Below, one piece after another: positions 1-13,559 of a DNA stretch of 52,302 bases. The stretch is from Octopus bimaculoides. Its lineage: Eukaryota. Numbering within the stretch: position 1 is the stretch's first letter; each line of letters starts with the position of its first letter. Under the pieces are notes generated by a model, which saw only the letters and a list, made by a program, of their open reading frames with translations, did no database searches and was not told the DNA's origin. Location: NCBI RefSeq assembly GCF_001194135.2, contig NC_069004.1, positions 11,672,911-11,725,212 of the forward strand, in the 5' to 3' direction. A program made the translations under genes and the position numbers.

Positions 1-39
<39 letters not shown>

Positions 40-982
40 AACACACATACAAATACAAGCACATTTATGTATTTGTGAATACTTCATGAAATAGTCTTTT
101 TAGTATTATATATGTGAAAATTTTTTTGGTGTGTGGGTGTGTATACACGTTTGTGTATGCATGTGTATGGTGTAGCTTTGTGCATGTGTGCATGTGAGAG
201 AGAGTGTATGTAATGCATATACGTGTGTGTGTGTGTGTGTGTGGTTTCGTGTGTATTTCCCAAGAACTATTCTATGACTTTTACAATACAAAAGCTCATC
301 AATCTAAACTTTATAAATATTTTGAACAATGACAACAACAACAAGAACAAGAAATAATTAAATTAGCAGCAAATAACGACGAACAGCTAACGAATGCTAT
401 GTCTATATTCCTAGCATGCCAGGTGTGCGGGTTGGGGGGAAGGGTTTTATAAGGGAGAGGGTTCGGGGGGAGGGTTGAGCAAGAAATCTTCAAGTACTTC
501 ATATATCAAGATGGTGGTGGTGTGAGGGTGGGGTGGAGGTGTNNNNNNNNNNNNNNNNNNNNNNNNNNNGGTGTGGGGGGGAGGGTTTGTTAGATCCGAA
601 ACTGTGAAATACTTCATTCAAAACAATGCAACAGTCAACAAAAACAACAAAATAAAATTCAGCAAAATTTAACCAAAAATAATCTTTTTTTTTTTTGTTT
701 AGATACATAAATAAATAATTAAAATAAAAATAAATAAATAACAAGAGTAGTAATTGTTTCAGAATCCATTTGGATTTCCTTGGTCCCTAGTGGTGGCGAT
801 GGTGTGGTGGAGGGAGTGGCAGCTAGAGAGAGATGTAGGTTAGGCAGGTGAAAAAATGGTAATTACGGTGCTGGTGGTGTTTGGTAGACTAAAGATTTGC
901 AATACGTAGCCCTATCAGAACTATAACATAATATATAGCTGAATGACCGGAGTACAGACAAAAGTAAGCCACAACCATCCTG

Positions 983-1670
983 GCTTCTGGCAGAACTGTT
1001 AGCATGCCAGGCAAAATACTTATCAGCATGCCGTCTGTCTTTACGTTCTGAGTTCAAATTCTGCTGAGGTTGACTTTGCATTTCATCCTTTCAGGGTCAA
1101 TAAATTAAGTACTAGTGAAACATTGGGGGTCAATCAAATTGACTAGCTCCCTCCCGCAAAATTTCAGGCCTTATAGTAGAAAGGATTATTATTATTATTA
1201 TTATTATCATTATTATTATTAAGGTGGGGAGCTGGCAGAATCGTTACCACGTTGGATGAAATGCTTAGCAGTATTTCGCCCATAGTTATGTTCTGAGTTC
1301 AAATTCCGCCAAGGTCGACTTTGCCTTTCATCCTTTCAGGGTCGCTAAATCAAGTACCAGTGAAACACTGGGGTCGATATAATTGACTGGTCCCCTCCCA
1401 CCAAATTTCAGGCCTTATGCCTTCAGTAGAAAGGATTACTATCATTATTGATATAATATTATTGTTAAAGCGGTGAGCTGGCTGAATCATTAGCATACTG
1501 GACAGAATACTTAGCAGCATTTCTGAGTTCAAATTCCATCAAAGTCAACTTTGCTTTTCACCCTTTTGAGGTTGATAAAATAAGTACCAGTTGAACACTG
1601 GGGGGGGGGGGTCGATGTAATTGACTTACCCCACTACCCCAAAATATCTGGCCTTGTGCTTATAGAGAAA
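983..1670 (+). mobile_element. Three tandem tRNA-derived SINEs, family A (about 983-1185, 1221-1437, 1467-1670)
   Basis: Shared GAGCTGGCAGAATCGTTAGC head, B-box-like GAGTTCAAATTC, core GACTTTGCCTTTCATCCTTT..GGGGTCGAT..AAGTACCAG; separated by (ATT)n. Confidence 0.85.
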
Positions 1671-2629
1671 GAACCAATCCAAGACGATAGAATAACAGAA
1701 CCGTAAGAAGATCAGACAAGATACCTTGTGGTATTTACTCTGAATATGCTCTAAGATCAAATCCCACCATTGCCACCATGGCTGGTAGACTTAGTCAATT
1801 TCTTTGTTTAACCACCACCACCACCACCTGGCACCCTGCTGTGACTTAAGTGGACCCCATTCTGTTGCAAGTATTTGGGCAAGGTCCCCAGTTTGGAGAT
1901 ACTTTCCTTACACCTGTTATAGGGTCTCCATACAGGAGGGGTCCCTAACCCCTGAGTTACAGACCAGTTCCAGGTCATGGATCATTTGATACTGGGCTGC
2001 ACAGAATTTTATGAATTTTTAATTTCATTTCTATTTTATAAACTATNNNNNNNNNNATATATATATATATATATACATTTCTTTATTGCTCACGGGGGGG
2101 GGCTAAACATAAAGGGGACAAACAAGGACTGGGTTTAACTATTATAACTATTGGATTGGTAGAGAGGGCAACACTTTGACAGAATTGGTAAAGCACCTGT
2201 ATTGAATTAAGTTCCTTAATGATGGGAGTTCAAATTCCACCAAGACTGACTTTGTCTTTCTTCATTCCAAAAAATACTAATCTGAGACTAGAGCTGATTT
2301 AGTCTACTAACCCCCACCTCTAAATCTTAAACCTGGTGCTTATGTTAGAAAATATTTATTATTGAAATGGCAGAATCGACAGACTACCAGCATCAGCAGA
2401 AGAAATTCTTTATAGTTATAACTGCATTGTTTACATTTTCAGTTTAAATCCCTTTCAGGTTAGAAAGGAAAAAAGATCAATAATATATAAGCCATTAGTT
2501 TTAATCACTTATTCCTGTCCCTAAAATCATGATCTTGTGTTGGTATCATCAGAGATTATTATTCATCATATTACTAGGGTAAGAGGTCAGTAGAATTGTT
2601 ACAGAGTTAAACTGTAGAATATTAAAACT

Positions 2630-2811
2630 ATTATTGTTCTTTTAACTGTTATATGTTATATTTTCAGGGATGTTGTCTTGAGATTTGGTGACAACAAGTC
2701 TCCTCAAATTTCAAACATCTTTCTTAGAATTCCAGCAGAGTGCAGGATAGAATTTTTCTGCAGGTCAACAATATAGGTCTCAATTCCAATATCCTTTAGC
2801 TTCTTAAGTAA
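2630..2811 (-). mobile_element. Dong/R4-clade non-LTR retrotransposon, extreme 3' fragment
   Basis: 2811-2704 reads LLKKLKDIGIETYIVDLQKNSILHSAGILRKMFEI*, the LQK...ILRK-type C-terminus of REL-endonuclease LINEs. Abuts an (ATT)n array at 2811-2855. Confidence 0.7.
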
Positions 2812-2817
2812 TTATTA

Positions 2818-2852
<35 letters not shown>

Positions 2853-2866
2853 ATTAATAAATAATA

Positions 2867-3083
2867 ATGGTTTCAAATTTTGGCACAAGGCCAGCAATTT
2901 TGGTGGCAGGGATAAATTGATTACAATGATCCCAGTGCTCAACTGGTACCTATTTAATTGACCCCGAAAGGATGAAGGGCAAAGCTGACCTTGGCAGAAT
3001 TTGAACTCAGAATGTAAGGACAGATGAAATACTGCTTAGTATTTTGCCCGGCGTGCACATGATTCTGCCAGCTCACTGCCTTA
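2867..3083 (-). mobile_element. SINE family A
   Basis: Reverse complement of the family A consensus; followed by (AAT)n. Confidence 0.85.
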
Positions 3084-3109
3084 ATAATAATAATAATAAT
3101 AATAATAGT

Positions 3110-3600
3110 TCTTTAGCATGGCTTCACGTTGTGGCTAAGTACATATTTGGTACTCTCCACCAAGTTGTGTTATTGCAAACAAAGAGTAACTTTTGCAAGA
3201 TGTTGGCAACACCAAAGAGTGCCAATTTTTGTAAGGCTACAATATTAATTGTTACTTTTAGCTCATTGCTATGTGTTTCAAACTGATTAGGAATGGTGCC
3301 AACAACCTTAGTTACCATTGGCACAGCCTTTATTTCATTTCCAATTAGAGCTCCAAATACTTATCAATATTTTCCATGCCCCTTGGTGGCTATATTGCAG
3401 TCAACAGGGAATGGCTACATCTATTAATATAACACTACCATGTCTCTTTGTCTACCCACAACTACATCTCATTTCATGCTACTCTATCATTCTGTGGTTT
3501 GTATTTTAAGATTCCACAAGATATTGTGACAAGTTCATTCTCTAACACTGCCATGTATATCTCAGTACCATTTCTCGTCTACCTCAAAACTCTGTTTTTA
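3110..3600 (-). mobile_element. Degraded Dong/R4-clade LINE 3' fragment (REL endonuclease domain)
   Basis: Frameshifted pieces ILIDVAIP, DCNIATK and PMVTKVVGTIPNQF...IVALQKLALFGVANILQKLL (track ORF 3124-3324). Confidence 0.65.
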
Positions 3601-3653
3601 CCAATTATTATTATCAATGCAACAAGCTGGCAGAATTGTTAACATGTTGTTAA

Positions 3654-3878
3654 AGGCGACGAGCTGGCAGAAACGTTAGCACGCTGGACGAAATGCTAAG
3701 CACTATTTCGTCTGCCGCTACGTTCTGAGTTCAAATTCTGCCAAGGTCAACTTAGCCTTTCATCCTTTCGGGGTCGATTAAATAAGTACCAGTTACACAC
3801 TGGGGTCAATGTAATCGACTTAATCCCTTTGTCTGTCCCCTCTATGTTTAGCCCCTTGTGGGTAGTAAAGAAATAAGA
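3654..3878 (+). mobile_element. SINE family A, alternative 3' tail subtype
   Basis: Family A head and core, but ends CCCTTTGTCTGTCCCCTCTATGTTTAGCCCCTTGTGGG..AAAGAAATAAG. The same tail occurs reversed at about 2069-2130. Confidence 0.85.
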
Positions 3879-4070
3879 ATTGTTAACAATGGGTGAAATG
3901 CTTAGCAGTATTTCGTTTGTCTTTACGGTCTGAGTTCAAATTCTGCCAAGGTCAACTGTGACTTTTATCCTTAGTATTTTGCCCAGCTTACTTCATCTCT
4001 GAACTTGCTAGCCTTGTGCAAGAACTTGGAACCTGTTATTATTATTATTATTATGATTATTATTATTATT

Positions 4071-4424
4071 GCCTTTGCACAGCTTCTAACATTGGAGATG
4101 TACTACAGTGTTAGCTGTTCACTACCAGTGAACTAAAGTAACACCTCTTATTTTTCAAGCACCTTCCGGAGTATTCAAGCAGTTCCAAGCAGTGCTGTTT
4201 TCTGCAAGTGCACCACCCTTATTGCAGCCCCTATTTATTCCACGTATTTCTCAAGATTTTTGTTCACTGTTCCCAGGGCTCCGACAGTTATTGGTACTAC
4301 TGCTACCTTTTCCATCGACCACAACTGCTTAACTTCCCAAGCTAACCTTTCATAGCTCTCTCGACTTTTCCTTCTTCCCTATCGCATACCCTGTTGTCAG
4401 CTGGGCATGCTATATCTATGATCC
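4071..4424 (-). mobile_element. 5'-truncated Dong/R4-clade LINE (REL endonuclease C-terminus plus 3' UTR)
   Basis: WIIDIACPADNRVCDREEGKVER, a frameshift, then YERLAWEVKQLWSMEKVAVVPITVGALGTVNKNLEKYVE*IGAAIRVVHLQKTALLGTA*ILRKVLEK*. Flanked on both sides by (ATT)/(ATC) repeats. Confidence 0.85.
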
Positions 4425-4454
4425 ATCATCATCATCATTATTATTATTATTATT

Positions 4455-4672
4455 AAGTCGGAAAGCTGGCAGAATTGTTAGCATGCTGGGCAAAATGCTT
4501 AGCAGTATTTCACCTGTTGCTATGGTCTGAGTTCAAATTCTGCCAAGGTCGACTTTGCCTTTCATTCTTTTAGGGTCGATAAATTAAGTACCAGTGAAAC
4601 ACTGGGGTAGATGTAATCAACTAGTCCCCTCCCCCTAAATTTCAGGTCTTGTGCCTTTAGTAGAAAGGAATA
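4455..4672 (+). mobile_element. SINE family A
   Basis: Full-length copy flanked by (ATT)n. Confidence 0.85.
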
Positions 4673-5390
4673 TTATTATTATTTCCCAACCCATTTTGTT
4701 TCTGCATGTTTCTTTCATGAATAATCTTGTATAAATTGCTGTGTATTTTTTGCTATTGTTATGTCTTTGTTGTCCTTACAGTAAATAAATAAATAAATAA
4801 ATAAATAAATAGATAATGGAATTAATAAATGTTAGAACATTAGACGAATAATATATCAGTATTTAGTCTCAACTTCCTAGGTTTTGAGTTCAAATCCCAC
4901 TGGAGGGAATAGGTCTACACTTGATTAAATTGGACCACATCTGGATTTTACTGTACAACAGTAATATATTTACAAGACTTTTAACCAACACTGTCCTTAT
5001 ACACAATGTCATCATGGACACAAAAAGAGGACCAGCTGGACTGGTATCAGTCCTGTGCTGGGATTTCACTTAAACACTGAACATAAAGTAATATAACTAA
5101 ATAAAGCAACACATCTTTTTCACTTGCTATCAATTCTGACAATCCACTGCCCTTGTTAATAATATATATCTGTTATAAACTGGAATAAATAAATTCATTT
5201 AGCTATTCCTAACATATTTATGGTCTTGTGTTAAAATGAGAAATCTGTTATCCCCAAAATAGTACCAGCTACATACTAAGGTCCAATAATTCTTCTATAA
5301 CCATTACCTACAAGATTTGTGGTGCTCTACTTTTTCTTTGGCTGTCTTTGTATCACCTTCACTCAGGCATTTCCAACCCAATAGTCATCG

Positions 5391-5460
<70 letters not shown>

Positions 5461-5463
<3 letters not shown>

Positions 5464-5680
5464 GGTGGCAAGCTGGCAGAATCATTAGCATGGCAGGTAA
5501 AATGCATAGCAGCATTTCGTTTGTCTTTGCATTCTGAGTTCAAATTCTACTGAAGCCGACTTTGCCTTTCATCCTTTTGGGATCAATAAATTAAGTACCA
5601 GTTAAACACTGGGGTCACTGTACTTGACTAGTCCTCTCCCCCAAAATTTCAGGTCTTGTGCCTTTAGTAGAAAGGATTAT
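5461..5680 (+). mobile_element. SINE family A
   Basis: Full-length copy after a long (ATT)n array (5394-5461) and followed by (ATT)n. Confidence 0.85.
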
Positions 5681-6640
5681 TATTATTATTATTGTCACTA
5701 CTGTTATTTTCTTCTTGACATTTGGCTAAACCCAGAGACTGATAATGTTTCTGCAGGGTTTATATTTGGTGGTGGTGGTGGTGGTGATGGGCATGGTAAG
5801 AAGTGTGAAAATGGGCAAAACATAAGTAATATGTGAACGAGAAGATCTCTGATAAAACTTAACCTTTAGGAGATCAAGTTTAAAGTCAAATTGAAATTTA
5901 ATAAATGAAGAAAAGACAAAAAAAAAAAAACCCTGAAATTCTAATTCAAATCAATAAAAGAACTTCAGCTTTTTTTTTAACAAAAAAAAATCTAAATTTC
6001 AATTCTAGTTTAAACTTCAATATCAGATTCTTTGAAATTTTCCCTTTCTAGGATTTAGTCTCCCGAAATGATCCAGTTGTAATAAATTTAAATCTCGAAT
6101 TGGGAACATTAAAACTTCAATTAAAATTTCAATTTCCCATCACATTAATTATTGAAGCTGGGTGTAACGATGTAATGGTGTAATATTTTCAGTATTTGTG
6201 ACTATGTCAATGATAATGATGGTAATAATGGTGATGATGATGATGATGATGGCAATGGTGGTGGTGGTGGTGTTGTTACTAAGTTTTTACATGTGCAACA
6301 TGCATATAACAGATCATATTAATATTTCATGCAGAACAGGTTAGCATGGTTTCTTTCTTTCTTTCTTTCATTTTTTTTTTCTTTTTTGTTCTGGGTTTAT
6401 AAAAAAATTTTTTCTGGTGACTGAGATCCGATTCAGCCGAGAGAGAATGGAGAGAGGCAGACAGACTGCAATGTTTGGATTACATAATTGCATATTCTCG
6501 TTTGCTTTGTCTATTTTGTTGTACAATAATATAAACATACTCAATACACCTTTGTTAGAAATGTGTAGGGTCAGACTATGTATGTATATATGTATACATA
6601 CATATATACATATATATGTGTGTGTGAATGTGTGTATGTG

Positions 6641-6692
<52 letters not shown>

Positions 6693-9600
6693 ATATATAT
6701 ATACATGCTTGTCATATGTAAGGGAACCAAGGTTACATATTCACATCAAGGTTTCATTAAGTTTTACTGCTCATCAGATGTATATACATGTGACCGTGCA
6801 CACAGCTGACCAAAATACAGTAGTGTAGCTTGAGCATTTCACCCCAAGCAATGCTTTTATGGTGGTCAGCCCTTGTAGACCTGTTTGATACAATCTGTAT
6901 AAGCCTGTATAGGTTTGGAGCCCCATGGTGCCAAGGACTGCTCCAAGTGATGTACACTGTAGCCACACTAGCCAAAATGGAGCCCCATGTTCATTTAGGT
7001 TTCAGAACGATTCAAATATAAAAACCAGTTCAAATGTGTCACAGACAGGTGAAAATATTAATCACAGGTGAGATGCTGCCAACAAAACAAGTTACAACTT
7101 GTTAAGAATGAAGAGCAATGAGAGAGTGTGGGATGGTGGGCATTAAAAGAGGTAAGATCAGGTGATATCTACTGAAGGGCTGTTGGATCAAACTTTAGGG
7201 AGTAGTTATGTAACCCTGTTTACCTCATGTATGACAAACATTTATCACCATACATACACACATATATAGTTAGGTGTGGGGGTGGAGTCTAATGGTACAA
7301 TGAGGTACATTTGTCATGTTTTCTTTTAACTAATTATGCTACCATTGTTTTTGATACCTTTGTTCATTTTAACCAGCATGACAACCAGGCCCATGCTGGA
7401 GCACATAACTCTTAATGTATATTTTTATTCCTACATATGTATAGAGTGCATATTATGTGAGTGTGTGCATGTGGACCCCATCCCTCTGGCAATATAACAC
7501 AGATACTACTACCTTCTAAACTCTGAAATCCTGTCTCTTTCCCAGGTCATTAAAATTATTAGGAATGCAGAAACTAATGAATGACTAAAATTATCTTTTT
7601 ATATTTATTACATCTATGTCATCTTACACTTTATTTTATGTCACTTCAGTCCACTCAGCTGTAAATAGGTGACCCTGCAACGGACTAGCCTTCTGATCAG
7701 GGGTAATATTGGCCTGCATGCCTAGCTAGCAGGATGGCATTATTTGAAAGCTAAAACCTTGCAAAGCACAGTGACCAGCGATGCATAACAATATCAAATG
7801 GGCTGGTCGACCATGTGATGTTATCTAATTAGCATGGCTACTAAAAGGTTGGTTTCTATTTAATTACTAACGAACTCTTCAAACAATTTTTGTTTTCAAA
7901 CTAGGCATATTCATGCTGTATCTATGGGAGGTACCGTAGCGATGTTTCCTCGTTCTTGGAGGGGAAGAAAAAAATGAAAACAAAAAAAAAACAATAAATA
8001 AACAAATAAATAAATTATATTATGTAACCTGTAGTTTACCCATTAAGCAAAAACAATAAAAACAGAAGACATAAGTTACCTTAACCTACACACACACACA
8101 CACACACATCCATCCTCTCAAGTACATTGCTAAATACTTCTTCACAGGTGTTTAAAAGGTATTATTATTATTATTACTATTATTATTCATTTATCAAAGG
8201 ATAAATAAAAGTAGAAAAATTATTAATGGCAAATATCAATTAAAATTTTGTTTTATCTATATAATTCTTGCACACACACACACACACACACACACACCTG
8301 AACATTGTCAGACTTAGTCTTATTATGTTGCTTTTGTTACTGTTGCAGTTAGCAGAATGCTTCCATATTGCATTCAAAATATTGTTTTTCTTAGAGAAAA
8401 AAAAAAAAGAAAAAAAGATCACTAACTTTCACAATATAAATATTTACACATTTAAATTTAGAATTAAAAAAAATGATTAAAACTGCCATTTTTAATAATC
8501 TCAAAAATTTCCATTTGCTACTTTTGTAGCACCAAAAACAAATGGCAAAAGAGTTCAGAATATTTTTAAAGATTTTTTTTTTCTTTTTAAATTTAATTTC
8601 GTAATTTTTTTATTTATTCAAGATAAATTGAATTCATAAGTAGCAAGAAAGATATTTATATTTGGTCATAAAATAAAGATTTAAAAATTCCAGAATTGTT
8701 TTTTTTTTTGTAAAGAATAGGTCATATCTAGGACAAACTGACCAGAGTTGACCCCAGCTTAGTACTTCACGCTTTGGCCCTAATTGTCTCATTATTCCTT
8801 CTTCCTTTTTCACCAACAGACCTTCTGTTCCAAATTTTTCTTTCACAGTTTCAGTATCTACATTTTTCTTTTATTCTTATCTCTAAAATATTCTAAGCAT
8901 CAATGACATTTTGTCCCCAAAACTACTGTGGCATGCTAAAGCCACTTAAAGCATTAATAAAAAATCTAAATGAAAGCAAGCTCATTCCTAAATAATTTAA
9001 GGTTTCTACCTTTTCAAGAATTGAAAGAAAAGAAGAGAAATTAAAAAAAAAAATTCCTTTTTAGGGAAAAAATAAATCCCAAAGTGAAATCAGATAAGAT
9101 TTGGTGAGTGTGTATGGCGCTAAACTAAAATAACTACTATCTACTAGCAGTAAGGTACCAAACTAAAACATTTACTGTCTTTCAGGAGTAAGGCATTAAA
9201 CTTAGATATTTATTATCAGGAGTAAGGCAAACTTAAGTATTTACTATCAGAAATAAGGCCCTAAGGCAACTAAAATACAACAAAAACTTTAGTAATCTTG
9301 CAAATGAAATATTTGGTTTCTTAAAAATTTCTTGTTTTGAATTTGGGTTTTTAACTCTAAGTCTTGATCAGAGAATTTCTTTTCTAAATTCTTAAAGGGC
9401 ATTCACTCTGACTTACCATTCTTATCATTCATTATTCTTTTTTTGGTTTCACTCATTACATACCATGGCCATGCTGGATCACTAACGTTTTAAAATATTT
9501 TAGTCAATTGTATATTAGTCCCTTTGCCTGGTATTTTATTTTACTGAGCTCCTTAATGGGGGACAAAAGGCAATGAGTTGACTGCATATAAAGGGAGGCA

Positions 9601-10792
9601 ATTTAACTGGAAAAACTATCACATGACAGTCTCCTTTGACCAATCAATTTTGCTGCCCCAGGATCGTCTTTGGTGTTGATAAGTACTCCAGTTGTTCAAT
9701 CAACTCAACTATTGGATATGTGTTTGAATACTCCATAGACATACCTAATCCTTAATGTAACCCTCAACTAGAATCAGTGTAGCACAATATATGACAAAGT
9801 TGTACCATTTCACTTACAGTTACAATGAAGATGACAGGGCTTCCTCAGTTTCTGTCTACCCTGATACCATCGACAAAGATTTAGGTTGACTGGGGACTGC
9901 GGTAAAAGCCTCTTGCCAATAGTTGCCTAAGATGCAAAATTTCTTAACTGTAGTGTGTGCATGTATATATACACACAGTATGCACATAATAGGCTTCATT
10001 ACAGTTTCTATTGACTAAACTTCACTGAATCCCAAAGTTTACAACAAAGTTAACTTTCTGAAGGTATGTGTAGCTCAATAGAATCCAGAACCATGATGTT
10101 GGGAAGCAAACTCCTTAAATACATTGCCATACTTGCAATCATAAATTCCATAGTTTTAACATCAGTTTCTGAGGAATCTACAGTAAAGAAATATTTCTAG
10201 ATCTCTGATTGGTTGTCCTTTTTTTTTCTTTTTTTTTTTCCAAAAGATGTAAGAAAGTCATGTATAAAAATGGTAAATTGAATTTGAATGACATAAGAAC
10301 GGAACATTAAAAAAAAAAGAACAAAACAATAGCAACTAAATAATATTAAATATATATATATATAGATAAAAAAAACAACAAGGAATCCTGCTGTTTAATG
10401 TCAGACTAACNNNNNNNNNNAAAAAAAAAAAAATAAAAAAAAAACAGATAACATCAACAGTAACAATCACTACAGTGACAACTAGAACAACAAAACTGTT
10501 ATTTTTTTTTAAGGGTGAAAAAGCCAGCAACAAAAAAAAACAACAACAACAACAATGTAAAGAACCATTAAAAAAAAACAACAAAATACTATGTTTACAA
10601 TAAACCTCATAACCTGTTTACCTTGCATTAGTTCTGTTTTACTTTTATACAACACCTTGGATCCTTTGGAAGTGGTGAAATAAGAAGGAAAGAACATTTA
10701 CAGATCACAGAGATGTTACACAGATATTATATATACTCACACACACACACACACACACACACATGTACATATACATGTACATACATAAACCA

Positions 10793-10873
<81 letters not shown>

Positions 10874-10978
10874 TATATGCATATATTATTACACACATGC
10901 ATATATATTATTATTATTATTATTACACTCATCCACACACACACAAACGCACACATACATCATTACACACACAAACAA

Positions 10979-11009
<31 letters not shown>

Positions 11010-11077
11010 CTAATATATATATAAAATGGTGGAACAGTATACAATACATTAAGCTTCAAAGAGTTTCAAATGATTAA

Positions 11078-11079
<2 letters not shown>

Positions 11080-11134
<55 letters not shown>

Positions 11135-11280
11135 TATACTAATAATAATAATGATGATGATGATGATAATAAAAAATAATAATAATCATGATAATAATAA
11201 TGATGATGATGATGATGATGATGATAATGATGATAATAATGATAATAATAATAATAATAATAATGATAATAATAATAATA
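11080..11280 (+). repeat. (AAT)n/(GAT)n compound trinucleotide array
   Basis: Directly visible. Confidence 0.95.
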
Positions 11281-11439
11281 TCAAATAATATCAGATGGCT
11301 CATTGAAATCATGTGGTTATCCAAGGTTAGAGTTTGATTTTATTCCTGCCAGGAATAAGAACAATCCTGAGCGAAGGAGTTAAATAACAATATGAATAAT
11401 AATGATGATAATAATAAATGATTTATTTACCACAGAGAG

Positions 11440-12050
11440 ATGATTAAATGAAAGAGACATCACAAGGACAGGTGACGTAAAGTGAGTGTTGGGTGGGGAT
11501 GTATAAAAATTGAATGAGAAAAATCTAAGGAAGTGAAGGAAAATAGTTTAGTATGTAAATAAGAGATGATGATCTGGTTTTCCAGATACAAGTGGTTTCT
11601 CGAATGAGGGTTAGACAAGGAGTCTCACTGGTTCAGGATCACCTCCAGCTCCTAAGGGGAGTAAACTCTCCCAATTATTGTTCTCCAGTTTACAGGTAGC
11701 GGATGATGTTCAGAAAAGAATCATTTCTTCAAGCCATTTCTGCCACTGTCCCTGACTTTTTTTTAAATAAATTCACTGGAGGACAGTACCTCTTACAGCA
11801 CCCTCACCTTTCTTTTAAAGTGAAATTAGCAAAATTCTATGAGGGTTTAACTAGAGAAGAAAGCATCCATCTTCTGTTCTTTTGGCATCATCTACCTTAA
11901 AACCTCATTTGCAGTAGCCAGCAGATAGAAGAAAACTGCTTGCTACATGTTGAATAAGACTACTTGAGACAGTATTCTCCAGCTACATATGATTTCAGAT
12001 ACCAATTATGGCCTAGAAGAATAAAGTACCCTGCTTGGAAAGAGAAGGTA
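11440..12050 (-). mobile_element. Heavily decayed CR1/L2-like LINE 3' fragment (tentative)
   Basis: Non-repetitive, moderately GC-richer block with only scattered peptide hints (GEYC, PHR); no intact ORF. Confidence 0.3.
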
Positions 12051-12052
12051 CT

Positions 12053-12281
12053 TTAACCCTTTAGTATTTAAACCGGCCATATCCGGCCAAAATATTTAAT
12101 CTGTTTTATGTTCAAACTGGCCAGATCTGGGCTCTCACACCTACCCTACAATGTTATTCTACATTAAGTAATTACACCATCAAGATCTTGAAGATATGAG
12201 ATAATGCATGATTAATTCAAATCAATGTGAATCAATAAGCATATTATGTTTGATAGAATAATCTGAACGCTAAATGGTTAA
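12053..12281 (+). mobile_element. piggyBac-like MITE, family 1
   Basis: TTAA-CCCTTTAG(T)ATT...AACGCTAAATGG-TTAA terminal inverted repeats. Homologous copies at 16581, 31226 and 41521-42018. Confidence 0.75.
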
Positions 12282-12831
12282 ATCCACTCCACGGCACATT
12301 GAACAATCAATGCTGGACATATTTTGCGAGGAGACACAAGTGTAATATCAATGTTGTGAGGGTGAAGACATGTGGAGATAAAACGATAGATAGATAGATA
12401 GATAGATAGGTGAGTTTCTACCAAATTTTATTTGCAAGTTGGTGAGTTCTAGGCAAAAGAACAAAACACTTGCAAAAGGTATCCCACAATGGAATTGAAA
12501 ACTATACCTTGAGATTGTGAAACAATTTTTAACCATTGGATGACTGACTGACTGACAGGCAGCTACACTCATATTCGTGTATATATGACTGTATGATATA
12601 TCGACACTAGCATGGCAGTGTAGTTAAGAAACACACACATTTATAAGTAAATATGTTATGTATAAATAAATATTGGAATAGAGATGCTGTGATGTGATGG
12701 CCATGAATGTAATGTCATATGAATAATTATTAGCATGAGAGGAAAGAAGTAAAGATTATGAAGTCAGTTCATGATCTGAGATACATGACATCTACTAAAC
12801 AAGAGATACAAGGAAATGAAAAATGTTATAG

Positions 12832-12872
<41 letters not shown>

Positions 12873-13336
12873 ACACCACACCAAACCACACACACACATG
12901 CACGTACACACATTACTTAGTAGTGATTCTCCATTTTTCTCTCTTTATCCAGCCCTCAAAGGGAGATGATTCTTATTTATCTCCCTTGATTGCTATATTC
13001 TAACTGGATTGTTATTTGCCGTATGACAGACAACATTGGGAATACAATAGGAACACCAGGTAATGTAATATCAGAAACTAATTAATAGTATTATTATTAT
13101 TGATAAACGTATATATTATAGAAGATATACAAATCAGAAGAAATTTGTTTCATTTAATTTTCATTTTAATTTATCAAATAATTATTTTGTAGAAGATCCA
13201 TCAATTTGATTAAAGTAAATTCTAATTATTGTGCCTATTTAATATCATCCAATCTACAGTAGAAATAATTTACTTCCCAGCATTATCCATCATATTATAG
13301 GTAACATGCACACACAATATCTCCATGTGTTTATAA

Positions 13337-13379
<43 letters not shown>

Positions 13380-13385
13380 CATAAA

Positions 13386-13559
13386 GTGCAGGAGTGGCTG
13401 TGTGATAAGAAGCTTGCTTCCTGACCACATAGCTCCAGGTTCAGGCCCACTGCGTGGCACCTTGGGCAAGTGTCTTCTACTACAGCCTCGGACTGACTAA
13501 AGTCCTATGAGTGGGTTTGCTAGACAGAAACTCTGAAAGAAGCCTGTCATATATATATA
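13386..13559 (+). mobile_element. SINE family B (5' half, ends at TA repeat/gap)
   Basis: GCAGGAGTGGCTGTGTG..GGTTCAGGCCCACTGCGTGGCACCTTGGGCAAGTGTCTTCTACT head. Confidence 0.8.

Noticed and set aside
6743-6781. Minus-strand ACAT-CTGATGA...GAAAC..ATGT motif
   Set aside because: Stem I is present but stem II is weak and there is no valid UH triplet; it could be an old relic but is not supportable.
6757-6975. ORF with VYITWSSPWHHGAPNLYRL, superficially FN3-like
   Set aside because: No usable splice sites, no downstream FN3 tyrosine corner, and the wrong position for ROS1 domain order.
10622-10663. Phase 1-1 mini-exon candidate GSKVLYKSKTELMQ
   Set aside because: Unusual AAG acceptor and no resemblance to the expected next propeller strand.
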